Assembly: GCA_964619695.1 (NCBI GenBank) | Contig: CAZUFK010000001.1 | Span: 20,587-84,586 of the forward strand | Length of the DNA: 64,000 nt | Origin: an uncultured Candidatus Bathyarchaeia archaeon | GTDB lineage: Archaea; Thermoproteota; Bathyarchaeia; Bathyarchaeales; Bathycorpusculaceae | Direction of reading: 5' to 3' | Shown: positions 46,805 to 57,221 of the stretch, piece after piece | Position numbering within the stretch: the stretch's first letter is position 1 | Layout of the letters: each line of letters starts with the position of its first letter | Notes under the pieces: model-generated | Seen by the model: only the letters and a program-made list of their open reading frames with translations | Database searches by the model: none | What the model was told of the DNA's origin: nothing | Translations under genes and position numbers: made by a program

Positions 46805-49800
46805 TTAAGCCTTCTCCTTGAGTTTTAGCTTGGGCGCTACGCATAGACTGGCCAGCTCTTGAAGCAGAAGCTTGAAAGCGTAGGAAACTATGACAGGGGA
46901 GATTTTGGCCTTGTCTTCGCAGAGTCTGCACACGTACTTTCGTTGTTTCATGTCGTAGTAGGATATGTGGCCACAGTTTTCGCAGATGTAGAGCGTGTAC
47001 TTGTCTGATTCTTCGAGCAATCGGTCTCGTAGGAGCATGGCTGCGCCGTGGCCGATGAGGCAGTCGCGTTCCATTTCGCCGAACCTCAGGCCACCGCCTC
47101 TGGCTCGTCCTTCGGTAGGTTGCCTGGTCAGCATCTGCACCTGTCCGCGCGCTCTAGCGTGAATCTTGTCAGCTACCATGTGATGCAGCTTCTGGTAGTA
47201 GACGAGTCCGACGTATATGTCTGCCACGAATTTTTCTCCTGTTATGCCGTTGTAGAAGACCTCGCTGCCGGTGTTGCTGAATCCCATCTTGACAAGTGCT
47301 TTTCTGAGATCGTCAGGTCCTTCATTCGAGAACGGTGTTCCGTCCACAGGTTTTCCTCTTATGGCCGCGACTTTTCCTGCAAGTGATTCGACAAACTGTC
47401 CCACAGTCATCCTTGAGGGGATAGCGTGAGGGTTGACTACTATGTCTGGGACTATGCCGTCTTCTGTGAACGGCAAGTTTTCCTCTGGCACAATCAAGCC
47501 GATGACGCCCTTCTGCCCGTGACGGGAGGCGAACTTGTCTCCCAGCTCGGGAATGCGCTGGTCGCGGACTCTCACTTTGACGAGTTTGCTTCCTTCGCCA
47601 GATTCGGTGATGAATATGGCGTCAACGATTCCGGTTTCTGAGGGGCGCATGTCGGTGGAGGTGTCTCGCATTGAAGGCCCTTTTACTTCGAATTCTTTGT
47701 ATTCTTCAAGGAATCTGGGTGGGCTGACTCGGCCGACGAGGACGTCTCCGCCTGCGACGTTTGCTTCTAGTCCTATTATTCCGTCAGGTTCGAGAAGCCT
47801 GTAGTACTGTTCTCCTCTGAATCCTCGTGTTCCAGGCTCAGGCAGGATGAATTTGTCTTTCAGTCCTCCGAGGTATTGGCGGCATTCTGCCTCATATATC
47901 CTGTAGAAGGTTGATCGGAACAGGCCTCTTTCTATTGAGGCTTTGTTGAAGATGAGCGCGTCTTCCATGTTGTAGCCTTCGAAGGACAAGACTGCAACCA
48001 CGCAGTTCTGTCCTGACGGCCGCAGTTTGTACCCCATAGTCTCCATCAGCGCAGTTTCGACCAGAGGCGCCTGCGGATAATGCAACGTGTGTGACCTCGA
48101 GTCTACGCGTTGCTGGAAGTTTGTGGCGTAGATGCCCAAAGCTTGCTTGGCCATCGCAGCCTGATACGAGTTTCGCGGCGACTGGTTGTGCTCCGCGTAC
48201 GGGATTGTTGATGCGCATATTCCGAGAATAGTGTAGGTTGCGATTTCCAGATGTGTGTGATCCTTGGTTACGTCGTCAAGGTGCAGGGCAACGTACGCGT
48301 TTTCTTCCTCTTCAGCGTCCAAGTATTCGATTATGCCTGCCTTGACCAAGTCTTCCCAAGAGTTTTCTCCCGAAGCAATCTTGGCAACGTACTCTGGCTG
48401 GAGCTTTGATATGCCGTTGTCCTCTATTATGAGAGGTCTTCTGACTCTTCCTTCGTCGCAGTTGACGCATACTTCTTCTCTTTCGCCGATGACTTTGGAG
48501 AAGTGGGCTATGTTGGCCTCGGTCGAGATTTCTCCGTTTCTCCGTTTTTGCCTGAATTCCTGAACCAGCTCTGCTGGTGAGGTGTGGTAGCCGATGATGT
48601 TTCCGTCAACGAATACTTTTGCGCCTGTGAGTTTTATGGTTTCGTTTGATTCGTAGACTGGCGCTGTGCCCATGCTGAATAGTGTTTGTTTGATTTTCTC
48701 TGGGTTCACGCCTACAGATATGCAGGCTGACAAGGCGAGATTCTTGACCAGTCCGCAGTTGGAGCCTTCAGGCGTCTCGTTCGGGCACAAGCGACCCCAA
48801 TGAGTTGGATGCAGGTCTCTTGCCTCGAAGTTAGGTTGGCTTCTGCTCAGAGGCGACTGTAGCCTGCGGAGGTGGCTGAGTGTGGAAATGTGGTTTGTTC
48901 TGTCCAGAAGCTGGGTCACGCCGACTCTTCCTCTTCCCCAGTTTCCAGTGGCAAGCGAATGCTGGAATCTTTCGCTCACTATTCCCGGTCTTACGGCTAC
49001 CGAGACCGTTATTATTGGTCCTTTGACGCCTATGCGTTCAAGCTGGTATTTTATGTCTCGGACGAGGTTTCGGAAGGCCACTCTGAAGAGGTCAGCGAGC
49101 AACGGGCCTGCAAGCCTAAGCCGCTTGTTCTTGAAGTGGTCCTTGTCGTCTGGTGTTCTTCTTCCGAGTTTCAGTTCTATAGCTCTGCATGCCATCTCGC
49201 CGAGGAACAGGGCTTTTTCCTTTCTATTCTGGGCCGTTCTGCCTATGTGCGGCAGGAAGTTCTTGTCTATGGCAGTTTCTGCCTTCTGTGTGCGGTATTC
49301 CTCAACTTGCCCGTGGGCAACACGGTTTCCTATGAACAGGATGGCGTCTTTCGCGTTGTCCACGCCTATGGCTTTTTCGAAGGAGTCTTCCAGCTCTCTC
49401 TGTATTTCCTTCTCAAGAGATATGGCTTCGGCTATTTCCTTGTCCGATTCCAGGCCTAGGGCACGCATCAGCACGATGAATGGGATTTCGGAGGGCACAC
49501 CTGGGACTGAGACGTATATGGCTCCGTCGGGTTTGAGTTTCAGCTCTATTCTTGCTCTGAAGCCGACGGTGGTTGAGAATATTTTGGACTGGTAGAGGGG
49601 TGTGGCTCCTTTCTCGTCGATGTCTACGAGTATGCGATTCGGCGCCAAGTCCTCCATGGCCACGATTACGCGTTCTGAACCGTTTACGACGAAGTATCCG
49701 CCTGGATCATCTGGGTCTTCGCCGCAGGCGATAAGCTCCTCTCGCGATAGCTGTGAGAGGAAGCACAGTTTGGATTTGAGCATGACAGGTATGTTTCCGA

Positions 49801-50170
49801 CGTAGACGAGTTCGGTGTCTTGTTCGCGTCCGTCTATTACGGGTGTCATTTCTAGGGCGATGGGTGCTGCGTAGGTTAGGTTTCTGAGTCGGGCTTCCAT
49901 GGGGTAGATTTCATGTTTTGTGCCGTCTACTTCGATGGCGTATGGGCCCGTTATTCTTGTTTGTGGGTCTATTATCCAGATTTGGCCGAGCTTGACTTTG
50001 TAGGGGCTTTCAGGAACTTCTATTGGGATTTCGCCAACTTCGTCTATGACTTCTTGTACGCCGTGGTCAATGAACTCGTTGTACGAGTCCAAATGCTGGC
50101 GGACTAGGCCCTTTTCTTTGAAGAAGGCTTTCAACAGAAGGTGCGTATCTTCTTTCGATATTTCAGTCAT
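46805..50170 (-). CDS. rpoB: DNA-directed RNA polymerase subunit B (unsplit, 1121 aa)
   Basis: Rpb2-like motifs throughout (..GDKFASRHGQKGV.., C-terminal Zn ribbon CENCG..CRLC); 1-nt gap to rpoA. Confidence 0.95.
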   Translation of the reverse strand: MTEISKEDTHLLLKAFFKEKGLVRQHLDSYNEFIDHGVQEVIDEVGEIPIEVPESPYKVKLGQIWIIDPQTRITGPYAIEVDGTKHEIYPMEARLRNLTYAAPIALEMTPVIDGREQDTELVYVGNIPVMLKSKLCFLSQLSREELIACGEDPDDPGGYFVVNGSERVIVAMEDLAPNRILVDIDEKGATPLYQSKIFSTTVGFRARIELKLKPDGAIYVSVPGVPSEIPFIVLMRALGLESDKEIAEAISLEKEIQRELEDSFEKAIGVDNAKDAILFIGNRVAHGQVEEYRTQKAETAIDKNFLPHIGRTAQNRKEKALFLGEMACRAIELKLGRRTPDDKDHFKNKRLRLAGPLLADLFRVAFRNLVRDIKYQLERIGVKGPIITVSVAVRPGIVSERFQHSLATGNWGRGRVGVTQLLDRTNHISTLSHLRRLQSPLSRSQPNFEARDLHPTHWGRLCPNETPEGSNCGLVKNLALSACISVGVNPEKIKQTLFSMGTAPVYESNETIKLTGAKVFVDGNIIGYHTSPAELVQEFRQKRRNGEISTEANIAHFSKVIGEREEVCVNCDEGRVRRPLIIEDNGISKLQPEYVAKIASGENSWEDLVKAGIIEYLDAEEEENAYVALHLDDVTKDHTHLEIATYTILGICASTIPYAEHNQSPRNSYQAAMAKQALGIYATNFQQRVDSRSHTLHYPQAPLVETALMETMGYKLRPSGQNCVVAVLSFEGYNMEDALIFNKASIERGLFRSTFYRIYEAECRQYLGGLKDKFILPEPGTRGFRGEQYYRLLEPDGIIGLEANVAGGDVLVGRVSPPRFLEEYKEFEVKGPSMRDTSTDMRPSETGIVDAIFITESGEGSKLVKVRVRDQRIPELGDKFASRHGQKGVIGLIVPEENLPFTEDGIVPDIVVNPHAIPSRMTVGQFVESLAGKVAAIRGKPVDGTPFSNEGPDDLRKALVKMGFSNTGSEVFYNGITGEKFVADIYVGLVYYQKLHHMVADKIHARARGQVQMLTRQPTEGRARGGGLRFGEMERDCLIGHGAAMLLRDRLLEESDKYTLYICENCGHISYYDMKQRKYVCRLCEDKAKISPVIVSYAFKLLLQELASLCVAPKLKLKEKA

Positions 50171-50539
50171 TTTGATTCTTACCCCGCGATTTCGCTCTTG
50201 AAATGGTTTGATGGCTGTTGTTTGGTGCGGGTTTCGTCAATCTTTCAATCTCCTCTGATTGTTGGATGATCCAACGTGAAAAATGATCTCCAATATTTCA
50301 AAGAGCTAGAAACGTAAACTACGTAGCTCACTAATAAACTTTACCACGTTAGAAAAGGCTTTTGGCACTCTTTGTTTGCATTGTTTCGGTCGTGGCGTTG
50401 GTCTCTTACGAGGCTTTTAGACTTGTCTGCGGCAATGCTTGGTTTGGTAGCTTTTTCTGCTGCTGGATTCGGATTAGGGATTAGGACTCATGGTTCATAA
50501 CCATTATGCGCATGCAGGTGCAAATGTGATAGGCGTTCA

Positions 50540-52180
50540 GTGGTGACTTTGAGGGCTGTTCTGCCTACGAAGGAGCTCGCGATTTCGGCGGCTTTGCTAC
50601 TTGCTTTCCTAGCATTCGCGAGGCAGGGCATCGGGGCAGATGGTCAAAGCTTCCCCGAATACCGAAAGTATGTGCATACGTACGTGAACTCGTCTGGTTT
50701 GGGTAATTGGACTTTTGTGGAGAAGCCTGTATTTCCTGCCTTGATTAATGAGTCTCAGGTGTTGGTGGGTCAGAACTGGAGCATAGTGTGTCCTCTAAGG
50801 GCGAACCACAGTTACCATGTTTACTGTTATGGTGATTGGGTGAACAACGGGTCTGAGCCTGAGACTGATTATGACGTGTATGTTTATGATCCGCTGGGCG
50901 GGTTGGAGGGCTATCACACCGAGTCTGCAGGTCTTCCGGAGCACTTGGGAACGACGGTGAATGAGCCTTTCTTCAGGCCGAAGTTGTCGGGGAACTACAC
51001 GTTTGTGGTGAGGAATGATCCTAGGGAAAGCAGCGGTGCTCAGGAAGCCACGTTCATGATAATCGAGGATGTTCAGTGCAACGCGTGGCATCAGCACTAC
51101 GTGGAGGGAAAGGACAGTGGCAGCATGCAGGTTTTCAACACGAGCTGGGCGTACGAGTTCTACACGGAGAGCCAGCGTGTGGAAGTGTGGATCAGGGTTC
51201 CTGAGACGCTGGACATGTACGAGGCCAGATTGTACTTGATGACGAACACTGAGCAAAAGAAGGGAACTTTGCTGAACAATGTTCCTCTGGCTTGGGAGCA
51301 AGGGCTTTACGGCAACAGAAGCGAGAAGGTAGGCGGCTACAATCTTGAAAGCGAAGAATACAGAGGGTTGGCTTATGCGGGCTGCGAGTCTTACGGTCAG
51401 GACATGCTCGTGAACTTTACTTCGCCGTACAAGGGAGTCAGCCTTTACCATTTGGTTCTGATAGGTGAGGCTGGACAGGGGAATATTGATTTTCTGGTGA
51501 AGACCGAATTCGGCAAAGCCAGTCTACGTCCTTCAATCGTGCCGTTCAGAGGATACCCGCAAAACGAGACGGTGGTCGCGTACTCCTCCAACTCGACTGA
51601 TCTGGTCAATGCGACGTTGCGGTATTCGGCTGACAGCTGGAAGAACGTGACTGCGGTGGAGATGGAGATTGTGGGGAATCGGACTTGCAGGGCGACTATT
51701 CCGGGTCAGGATGCTGGCTCGTTGGTGAGCTACAGGGTTGAGGCTAGAGACGTTCTTGAAAGCACTCTTAAGGCGAATGGAAGCTACTGGGTGAAGTATC
51801 CTTTGACGCTGAACATATCGCTGCCTCGAAAGGCAGTCACCATCGGCGAAAACGTGACCGTGAAAGGCTACGTTACTCCAGCGGCAGGAGATCTCGCGAT
51901 CATGGTTGTTTTCAGCTCCAAGAACGAGAGCAGAGTGGTGGTCTCCACGTTTGAGAACGGCACTTTCATAGCCAGCTACAGGCTGGACATGCTTGGCTCT
52001 TGGGATGTGCAGGCAACCTTCAGCGAAGACGACCTCAGATACGGATGCGTAAGCAGCGTGTTGACGGTGAAGGTTGAGGAGCCTTCGATACTTGCGAAGT
52101 ACTCGCTTTACATCGGTGGAGGATTAGGCGGAGCAGCCATAATAGGCGCAGTAGTCTACGTGAAGAAGTTCAGAGAATAA
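50540..52180 (+). CDS. Secreted/surface glycoprotein candidate with N-terminal signal/TM and C-terminal TM anchor
   Basis: N-terminal hydrophobic segment, about 20 N-x-S/T sequons, C-terminal ..GGGLGGAAIIGAVVYVKKFRE anchor. Confidence 0.6.
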   Translation: MVTLRAVLPTKELAISAALLLAFLAFARQGIGADGQSFPEYRKYVHTYVNSSGLGNWTFVEKPVFPALINESQVLVGQNWSIVCPLRANHSYHVYCYGDWVNNGSEPETDYDVYVYDPLGGLEGYHTESAGLPEHLGTTVNEPFFRPKLSGNYTFVVRNDPRESSGAQEATFMIIEDVQCNAWHQHYVEGKDSGSMQVFNTSWAYEFYTESQRVEVWIRVPETLDMYEARLYLMTNTEQKKGTLLNNVPLAWEQGLYGNRSEKVGGYNLESEEYRGLAYAGCESYGQDMLVNFTSPYKGVSLYHLVLIGEAGQGNIDFLVKTEFGKASLRPSIVPFRGYPQNETVVAYSSNSTDLVNATLRYSADSWKNVTAVEMEIVGNRTCRATIPGQDAGSLVSYRVEARDVLESTLKANGSYWVKYPLTLNISLPRKAVTIGENVTVKGYVTPAAGDLAIMVVFSSKNESRVVVSTFENGTFIASYRLDMLGSWDVQATFSEDDLRYGCVSSVLTVKVEEPSILAKYSLYIGGGLGGAAIIGAVVYVKKFRE

Positions 52181-52300
52181 ACCGATACCTCACGCGCGCG
52201 GAAGCCTGAAGCTACGTTTCGGGTTGCGGGAAAAATCCGCAGTTCTGGAGAAGCAGGCTCCCAGAGACACAGGCGGCTAGGCAGTCTCGGGAAGCCTTCG

Positions 52301-52744
52301 GTGCGTAGGCGGCTTGTTGGTCTTGGCGTGTTGCGTTATGCGTTTGGCAAGGGCAAAGGCTTTGATACTGGTGCGTGGCTGTTGTTGTTCCGGAAGGCGA
52401 GCGTGTTGGAGTCGCGGTTCAAGGCTGTCGTGGTTGGGCTCATCGCAGACGGCCAAGCTGAGAAGGCGCTGGAGATGCTTGCAGAGCACTATCGCGTCAG
52501 CGTGCCACGCCTCAAAGTGGGCCTGCCGAAAGGCAAGACGCACAACAGCCTCGGCTGCTACTCGCCAAAAAACAAGACCATAACCGTGCTGAACAGCGAC
52601 ACGCTCAAACAGCCCTTCGTGATCCTGCACGAGTTTTACCACCATCTGCGCACGAACGTGTTTCGGCAGCACAAGGGCACGGAGAAAGGAGCAGACGCCT
52701 TCGCAAAAGACTACATACAAGCCTACCGAACGCTTGGCGCCTAG
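52301..52744 (+). CDS. Hypothetical protein with HExxH motif (possible zinc metallopeptidase)
   Basis: ..FVILHEFYHHL.. contains HEFYH; 147 aa. Confidence 0.4.
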   Translation: MRRRLVGLGVLRYAFGKGKGFDTGAWLLLFRKASVLESRFKAVVVGLIADGQAEKALEMLAEHYRVSVPRLKVGLPKGKTHNSLGCYSPKNKTITVLNSDTLKQPFVILHEFYHHLRTNVFRQHKGTEKGADAFAKDYIQAYRTLGA

Positions 52745-53177
52745 TCGGGAAAGGATTATCAAAATGGTCCAGCGCGCGCGCTAAGAATGACAACATCGTC
52801 TGGATGCTTCCTGCACAACTCGTCAAACAGGGCCTTTCTGATCTTGCCTTCATCCAGATTATGGAACATAACGACCGAGGTCACCCTGTGCAAATAAGCT
52901 TGTTGACCCTAATAAAAGCTCTTTCATGATTGCACTTCAATAGACAAGGAAGACCCTAGCGTCCAGCTTTTGTTCTGAACTGGATTCCGGTTTACTTGTC
53001 GCTACTGCATACGCTTCTGAACTGGCAAAGAGAAGTAGGCGGGTCTACAGGCGGTACGTACGGCCTCTACAGACAAGCTAGTAAGTACACAACTCAAACA
53101 GATCCGGCAAAGCCACACGTAGGCTTGTTTAGACTGGAAAGCATTAAATGAAGGGAAAACCAGTTTGTGGACAGGGT

Positions 53178-53292
53178 GCAGGGGTAGCAGAGCATGGCCA
53201 AACCCGCACAAAGCATAGTAGGGGCTTTATGCGCGGGACTCAAGATCCCGTCTCTCAGGAGTACGTGAGTTCAAATCTCACCCCCTGCACCA
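53178..53292 (+). tRNA. tRNA-Leu (anticodon CAA) with a ~27-nt non-canonical intron in the D-loop
   Basis: Acceptor GCAGGGG/CCCCTGC, discriminator A, encoded CCA. Anticodon arm CGGGA-CUCAAGA-UCCCG. Leu-type long variable arm. T-arm GUGAG-UUCAAAU-CUCAC. D-stem GCA..UGC is separated by ~40 nt instead of ~11. Confidence 0.75.
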
Positions 53293-53532
53293 AGGACATG
53301 AATGCTGGAGAAGAGGATTTGAGGAGAGAGAGCCTGACTCGCAACCTTCAGTTGCTGATAGAGAGAATAAGGACGCTGTGCCTCCCAGTCTCAATCCTTA
53401 AGGTTTTCATCCGTGGAAGCTACTTTAGAGGAGAGAATTTGCCGGGCGACTTGGATGTTGTTATTCGCGCGCGTACGTAATCGAGTATTATGTTTGTATC
53501 TAGAAAAAGGTTAGGACTAGGCATTTCCTAGT

Positions 53533-54299
53533 TCACTTGAATAACTCGTCAGCTATTTGCCGAACACGATCAAGAGCTTCTGGGTCTTTTTCCGATTTCA
53601 GGAGTTTCAATCCCGTCTTGGCATCATTTACATATTCCCACTTCGTGGGCAAAGCAAACGTGAAGGTTTTTACGATCTCTCGAGTTTGCTTACTTAATTC
53701 TACATAGGGGCTGTTGAAGAAACTCAAGGTCTTGATTTTTTGAGTAACACTAGCAACTATGCCATTGGTAGATTGAGATAATCCTGTCTTGAACATCTTA
53801 TGCCAACTACTTCTTCTCTTCCTCTTTCGGCCTATTAACCATTTCTTCAAAAGTAGTGGCGATCTTCTCTAGTTTCTCATCGACTTCGATTTTCTCTTTT
53901 GCCGACAGCATCATGAGATTGTCAAGCTTTGGAGCGATTTCTACTAGATCCATAAATGCTTTGACAAAAGTGCCAAATTCGGCAGGTTGAGATTTGCTCG
54001 CCAGCATCTTCAGAAGCTGTGGTGCTGTCGAACCAACATAAGCTATGGCGCGCGCGCTATTCTGACTTCATCCTCGTACTTTGCTGTATCAGACTTTTCC
54101 ACTTCTTTTCTCCTAACATCATAAGATTCGCCTTCTGTGCGGGAGTCCGCCCATTCAACCCCATGTGTGGTCTTATGAAGTTGTAGTAGATTCTTATCCC
54201 ATCCATCATCGTCTGCGCAGTTGATTCCTCATCTAGCCCTCGCACCGCGCTCGCCTTGAGTGGCAAGTGTAGCTTGCGTCTACAGTTTCTTGTTTGCAT
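53533..54299 (-). mobile_element. Degraded IS/integrase remnant next to tRNA-Leu
   Basis: 54057-54299 encodes the C-terminal end of an rve-type integrase core (..IYYNFIRPHMGLNGRTPAQKA..). Adjacent short ORFs sit in other frames. No intact transposase or terminal repeats were identified. Confidence 0.5.
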
Positions 54300-54699
54300 G
54301 TAGTCTAGTTGTACTGGTGTCCAGAAACGTTTATATTGAGTCGTAAGACGTCATATGGCTTGTTTGATGGCAAATGAAAGAAATGAGAAAGAAACCAGAC
54401 ACTAACTCAAATCAGGAATACGTGAAACTCGAAATCATAGAAAACTTCTTGATCCTCGAAACAGCAATACAGAGGAAACTCGTTTAGAGACTCCGGTTCA
54501 GCTGTTTCTTGGCGGTGCCCCGCGAAGCTTTCCCATATAGGAAGGCCTATCGAGGCTGTAAGAAGTGTCTCAGGCTTTTAAGGCACGCCAAGCTATGAGT
54601 AGGCTACTACACGAAAAGGTAGATGCAGATTTGGCTAGCAGTGACCTCGCGGGCAGACGCAGTCTGTTGCGAGCCGGCATTTCCAAGGGTAGCTGAAGG

Positions 54700-55626
54700 A
54701 TGCTCTGCGTTGAGGAAACTGGTAACGCCTGCGCTTGTGCTTTTCCTGCTTTTTCCGGCCATTGGCGAGCTTCTCTCAGGCTCTTCGCCTTCGCATTGAT
54801 GGCAGGCCTATACGGCAGCGGAGCCGTGATTATCCGCGAACTCAAAGTGCGCTGGCACAAGGATTTCAGGTCCGTGCTCCTGCTGGGCGCGGCCTACGGC
54901 ATCCTCGAAGAAGGCCTAATGGTCAAAAGCTTCTTCGACCCAAACTGGGTGGACCTCGGAGCGCTCGGCTCCTTCGGCAGATACGCTGAAACCAGCTTTG
55001 TGTGGGCGGAAATGCTCATCATATACCACGCCGTGTTCAGCATCACCATCCCAATCGCCCTCGCCGAGCTTGCTTACCCACACAAGAAAGACGAACCATG
55101 GATAGGCAAGCGCCTATTCGTAGCGCTGTTGGCCGTTCTCGTCACAGTAACGGTCATAGGCTTCCTGTATCTGACGCCCTACCGTCCGCCTGCAGCGCAA
55201 TACATGCTGGCTGCACTTGCAATGGTCCTGTTCGGCTACGCGGCCTACAGACTCCCAGCCAGAAGCCAAACGGAAAACACTGGCAGAACGGGAAGGCCGA
55301 GAACGCTGTTCGCCGTCGGTGCCTTAGGCTCAACTGCCTTCTTCATGCTTTTCTGGGAAGGCCCATACACGACCGACAGCCCGCCCGTGATAATGGCAAT
55401 GGGCATCGCGCTTGCCTACCTCATGAAAAGGTTCTATTTCAGATACGACTGGCGCAACCCTTCAATGACGATGACGCGTTTGGCGGCGGTCGCAGGTGCC
55501 CTTTCGTTCATGATCTTCCTAGCCTTCATACTGGAGTTGCAGATGCCTGGAATGTCCATCGTGGCGCTGGCCACGATTGCAGAACTGCTACTCCTGAGAC
55601 GTAAAATCAGAATGGAAGCTAGGTAA
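54700..55626 (+). CDS. Hypothetical polytopic membrane protein
   Basis: Eight or more hydrophobic helices. Confidence 0.5.
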   Translation: MLCVEETGNACACAFPAFSGHWRASLRLFAFALMAGLYGSGAVIIRELKVRWHKDFRSVLLLGAAYGILEEGLMVKSFFDPNWVDLGALGSFGRYAETSFVWAEMLIIYHAVFSITIPIALAELAYPHKKDEPWIGKRLFVALLAVLVTVTVIGFLYLTPYRPPAAQYMLAALAMVLFGYAAYRLPARSQTENTGRTGRPRTLFAVGALGSTAFFMLFWEGPYTTDSPPVIMAMGIALAYLMKRFYFRYDWRNPSMTMTRLAAVAGALSFMIFLAFILELQMPGMSIVALATIAELLLLRRKIRMEAR

Positions 55627-55681
55627 AGATTATATCGCCCCACATGCTAGGAGACTTTCCGAACACTGCTCTAAAAGGCGA

Positions 55682-56596
55682 ATGTCAGTGAATCTGGCTG
55701 ACGAAATTACTAAGCTGAAAAAGCAGAAGAACGCAATTATCCTTGCCCACAACTATCAGAGGCCAGAGATACAAGACCTAGCCGACTACGTGGGCGACAG
55801 CATAGAACTGAGCCGCAAGGCCATGAACGAGAAAGACGCCGAGATCATAGTCTTCTCCGCCGTCGACTTCATGGCCGAGTCGGCCGCAATCCTGAATCCG
55901 GACAAGAAGGTGCTGCTGCCCTGCCTCGGCGCACGCTGTCCCATGGCGCAGATGCTCACGGTTGACGAAATCAAACGCGTCAAGCGCCTTTATCCACGCG
56001 CTCCGCTGGTGCTTTACGTCAACACGCTAGCAGTCACGAAGGCCTACTGCGACACATGCTGCACGTCAGCCAACGTCCTCAAAGTCATACAGTCACTTGA
56101 TGCAGACACCATTCTTTTCGGACCTGACCGCAACCTGGCCGAATACGCGGCGAGGAACACGGGCAAAACGATCATACCGATTCCCGAGTGGGGGTTCTGT
56201 CCCACGCACCTGCTTTTCCAGTCAGAGGACGTGCGCGTTTTGAAGATGGAGCACCCGAACGCCGTGGTCATGATCCATCCTGAATGCAATTATGAAGTGC
56301 AGAAGACCGCAGACTTCGTAGGCAGCACCTCGCAGATGTGCATGTACGCGAAGGAAAGCAACGCGAAAACCTTCATCGTAGGCACAGAAGAAGGCTTACT
56401 GCATCGCCTCAGAAAAGACAACCCAGACAAACAGTTCATACTAGCCTACAAGGAAGCCGTGTGCCCAAACATGAAACTCAACACGCTGGACAGGCTGTAC
56501 GCCTCGCTGAAAGAGGAAAAACACTTGGTCACCGTGCCTCCAGACATAGCCAAGAAAGCCCGCAAGGCCTTGGAAAGAATGCTTGAAGTCAAATAG
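55682..56596 (+). CDS. nadA: Quinolinate synthase A
   Basis: ..IILAHNYQRPEIQDLADYVGDS.. and three Cys-containing segments typical of NadA; 304 aa. Confidence 0.9.
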   Translation: MSVNLADEITKLKKQKNAIILAHNYQRPEIQDLADYVGDSIELSRKAMNEKDAEIIVFSAVDFMAESAAILNPDKKVLLPCLGARCPMAQMLTVDEIKRVKRLYPRAPLVLYVNTLAVTKAYCDTCCTSANVLKVIQSLDADTILFGPDRNLAEYAARNTGKTIIPIPEWGFCPTHLLFQSEDVRVLKMEHPNAVVMIHPECNYEVQKTADFVGSTSQMCMYAKESNAKTFIVGTEEGLLHRLRKDNPDKQFILAYKEAVCPNMKLNTLDRLYASLKEEKHLVTVPPDIAKKARKALERMLEVK

Positions 56597-56612
56597 CCGA
56601 GAAGAAACCTGC

Positions 56613-57041
56613 ATGAGCAGCGACCACGAACTGTTTATATCAGACGAAGAACTGAACCGTATCAGACAGAAGAAGCTGAGGGAACTCAGAGCGCTTAAGG
56701 AGAGAAAGAATGAAATGAGTTCTGAACCAGTCCACGTTACTGACGCCACCTTCAACGACGTGGTCAGAAAGAACCCGTTGGCGTTGATTGACTTCTGGGC
56801 CTCATGGTGCGGTCCATGCCAGGCTTTAGCGCCGACGATCGAAGAACTGGCAAAGGAACTCGCAGGCAGAGTCTTCGTTGGAAAACTGGACGTTGACGAG
56901 AACCCCGAGACAGCAGAACGTTTCCAAGTGTTCAGCATACCAACCGTGCTGATAATGAAAGGCGGCAACGAAGCTGACAGGATCGTTGGTTGCGTCCCAA
57001 AGAAATATATCGAGGCAGCATTGAAAAAGCATCTGGGATAG
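56613..57041 (+). CDS. trxA: Thioredoxin
   Basis: WCGPC active site (..FWASWCGPCQALAP..). Confidence 0.9.
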   Translation: MSSDHELFISDEELNRIRQKKLRELRALKERKNEMSSEPVHVTDATFNDVVRKNPLALIDFWASWCGPCQALAPTIEELAKELAGRVFVGKLDVDENPETAERFQVFSIPTVLIMKGGNEADRIVGCVPKKYIEAALKKHLG

Positions 57042-57221
57042 GAGAAACATGGACATCCAAGAACGCAGAATGATAGGCGCACTGCTACTTCTTCTAGGCG
57101 TATCGGCACTGGCAGTAGGCGCATACACAGGCCAGCTCAACGCAATCGTCGAGATGCTGAGAACACCTTTCAGAGCGCTCTTGGCCTAGAGCTTCCCAGA
57201 AACGATCTCATACTGACCCCT

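Noticed and set aside
53148-53480. 110-aa ORF spanning the tRNA-Leu gene
   Set aside because: It overlaps a structurally convincing tRNA, so the ORF is incidental.
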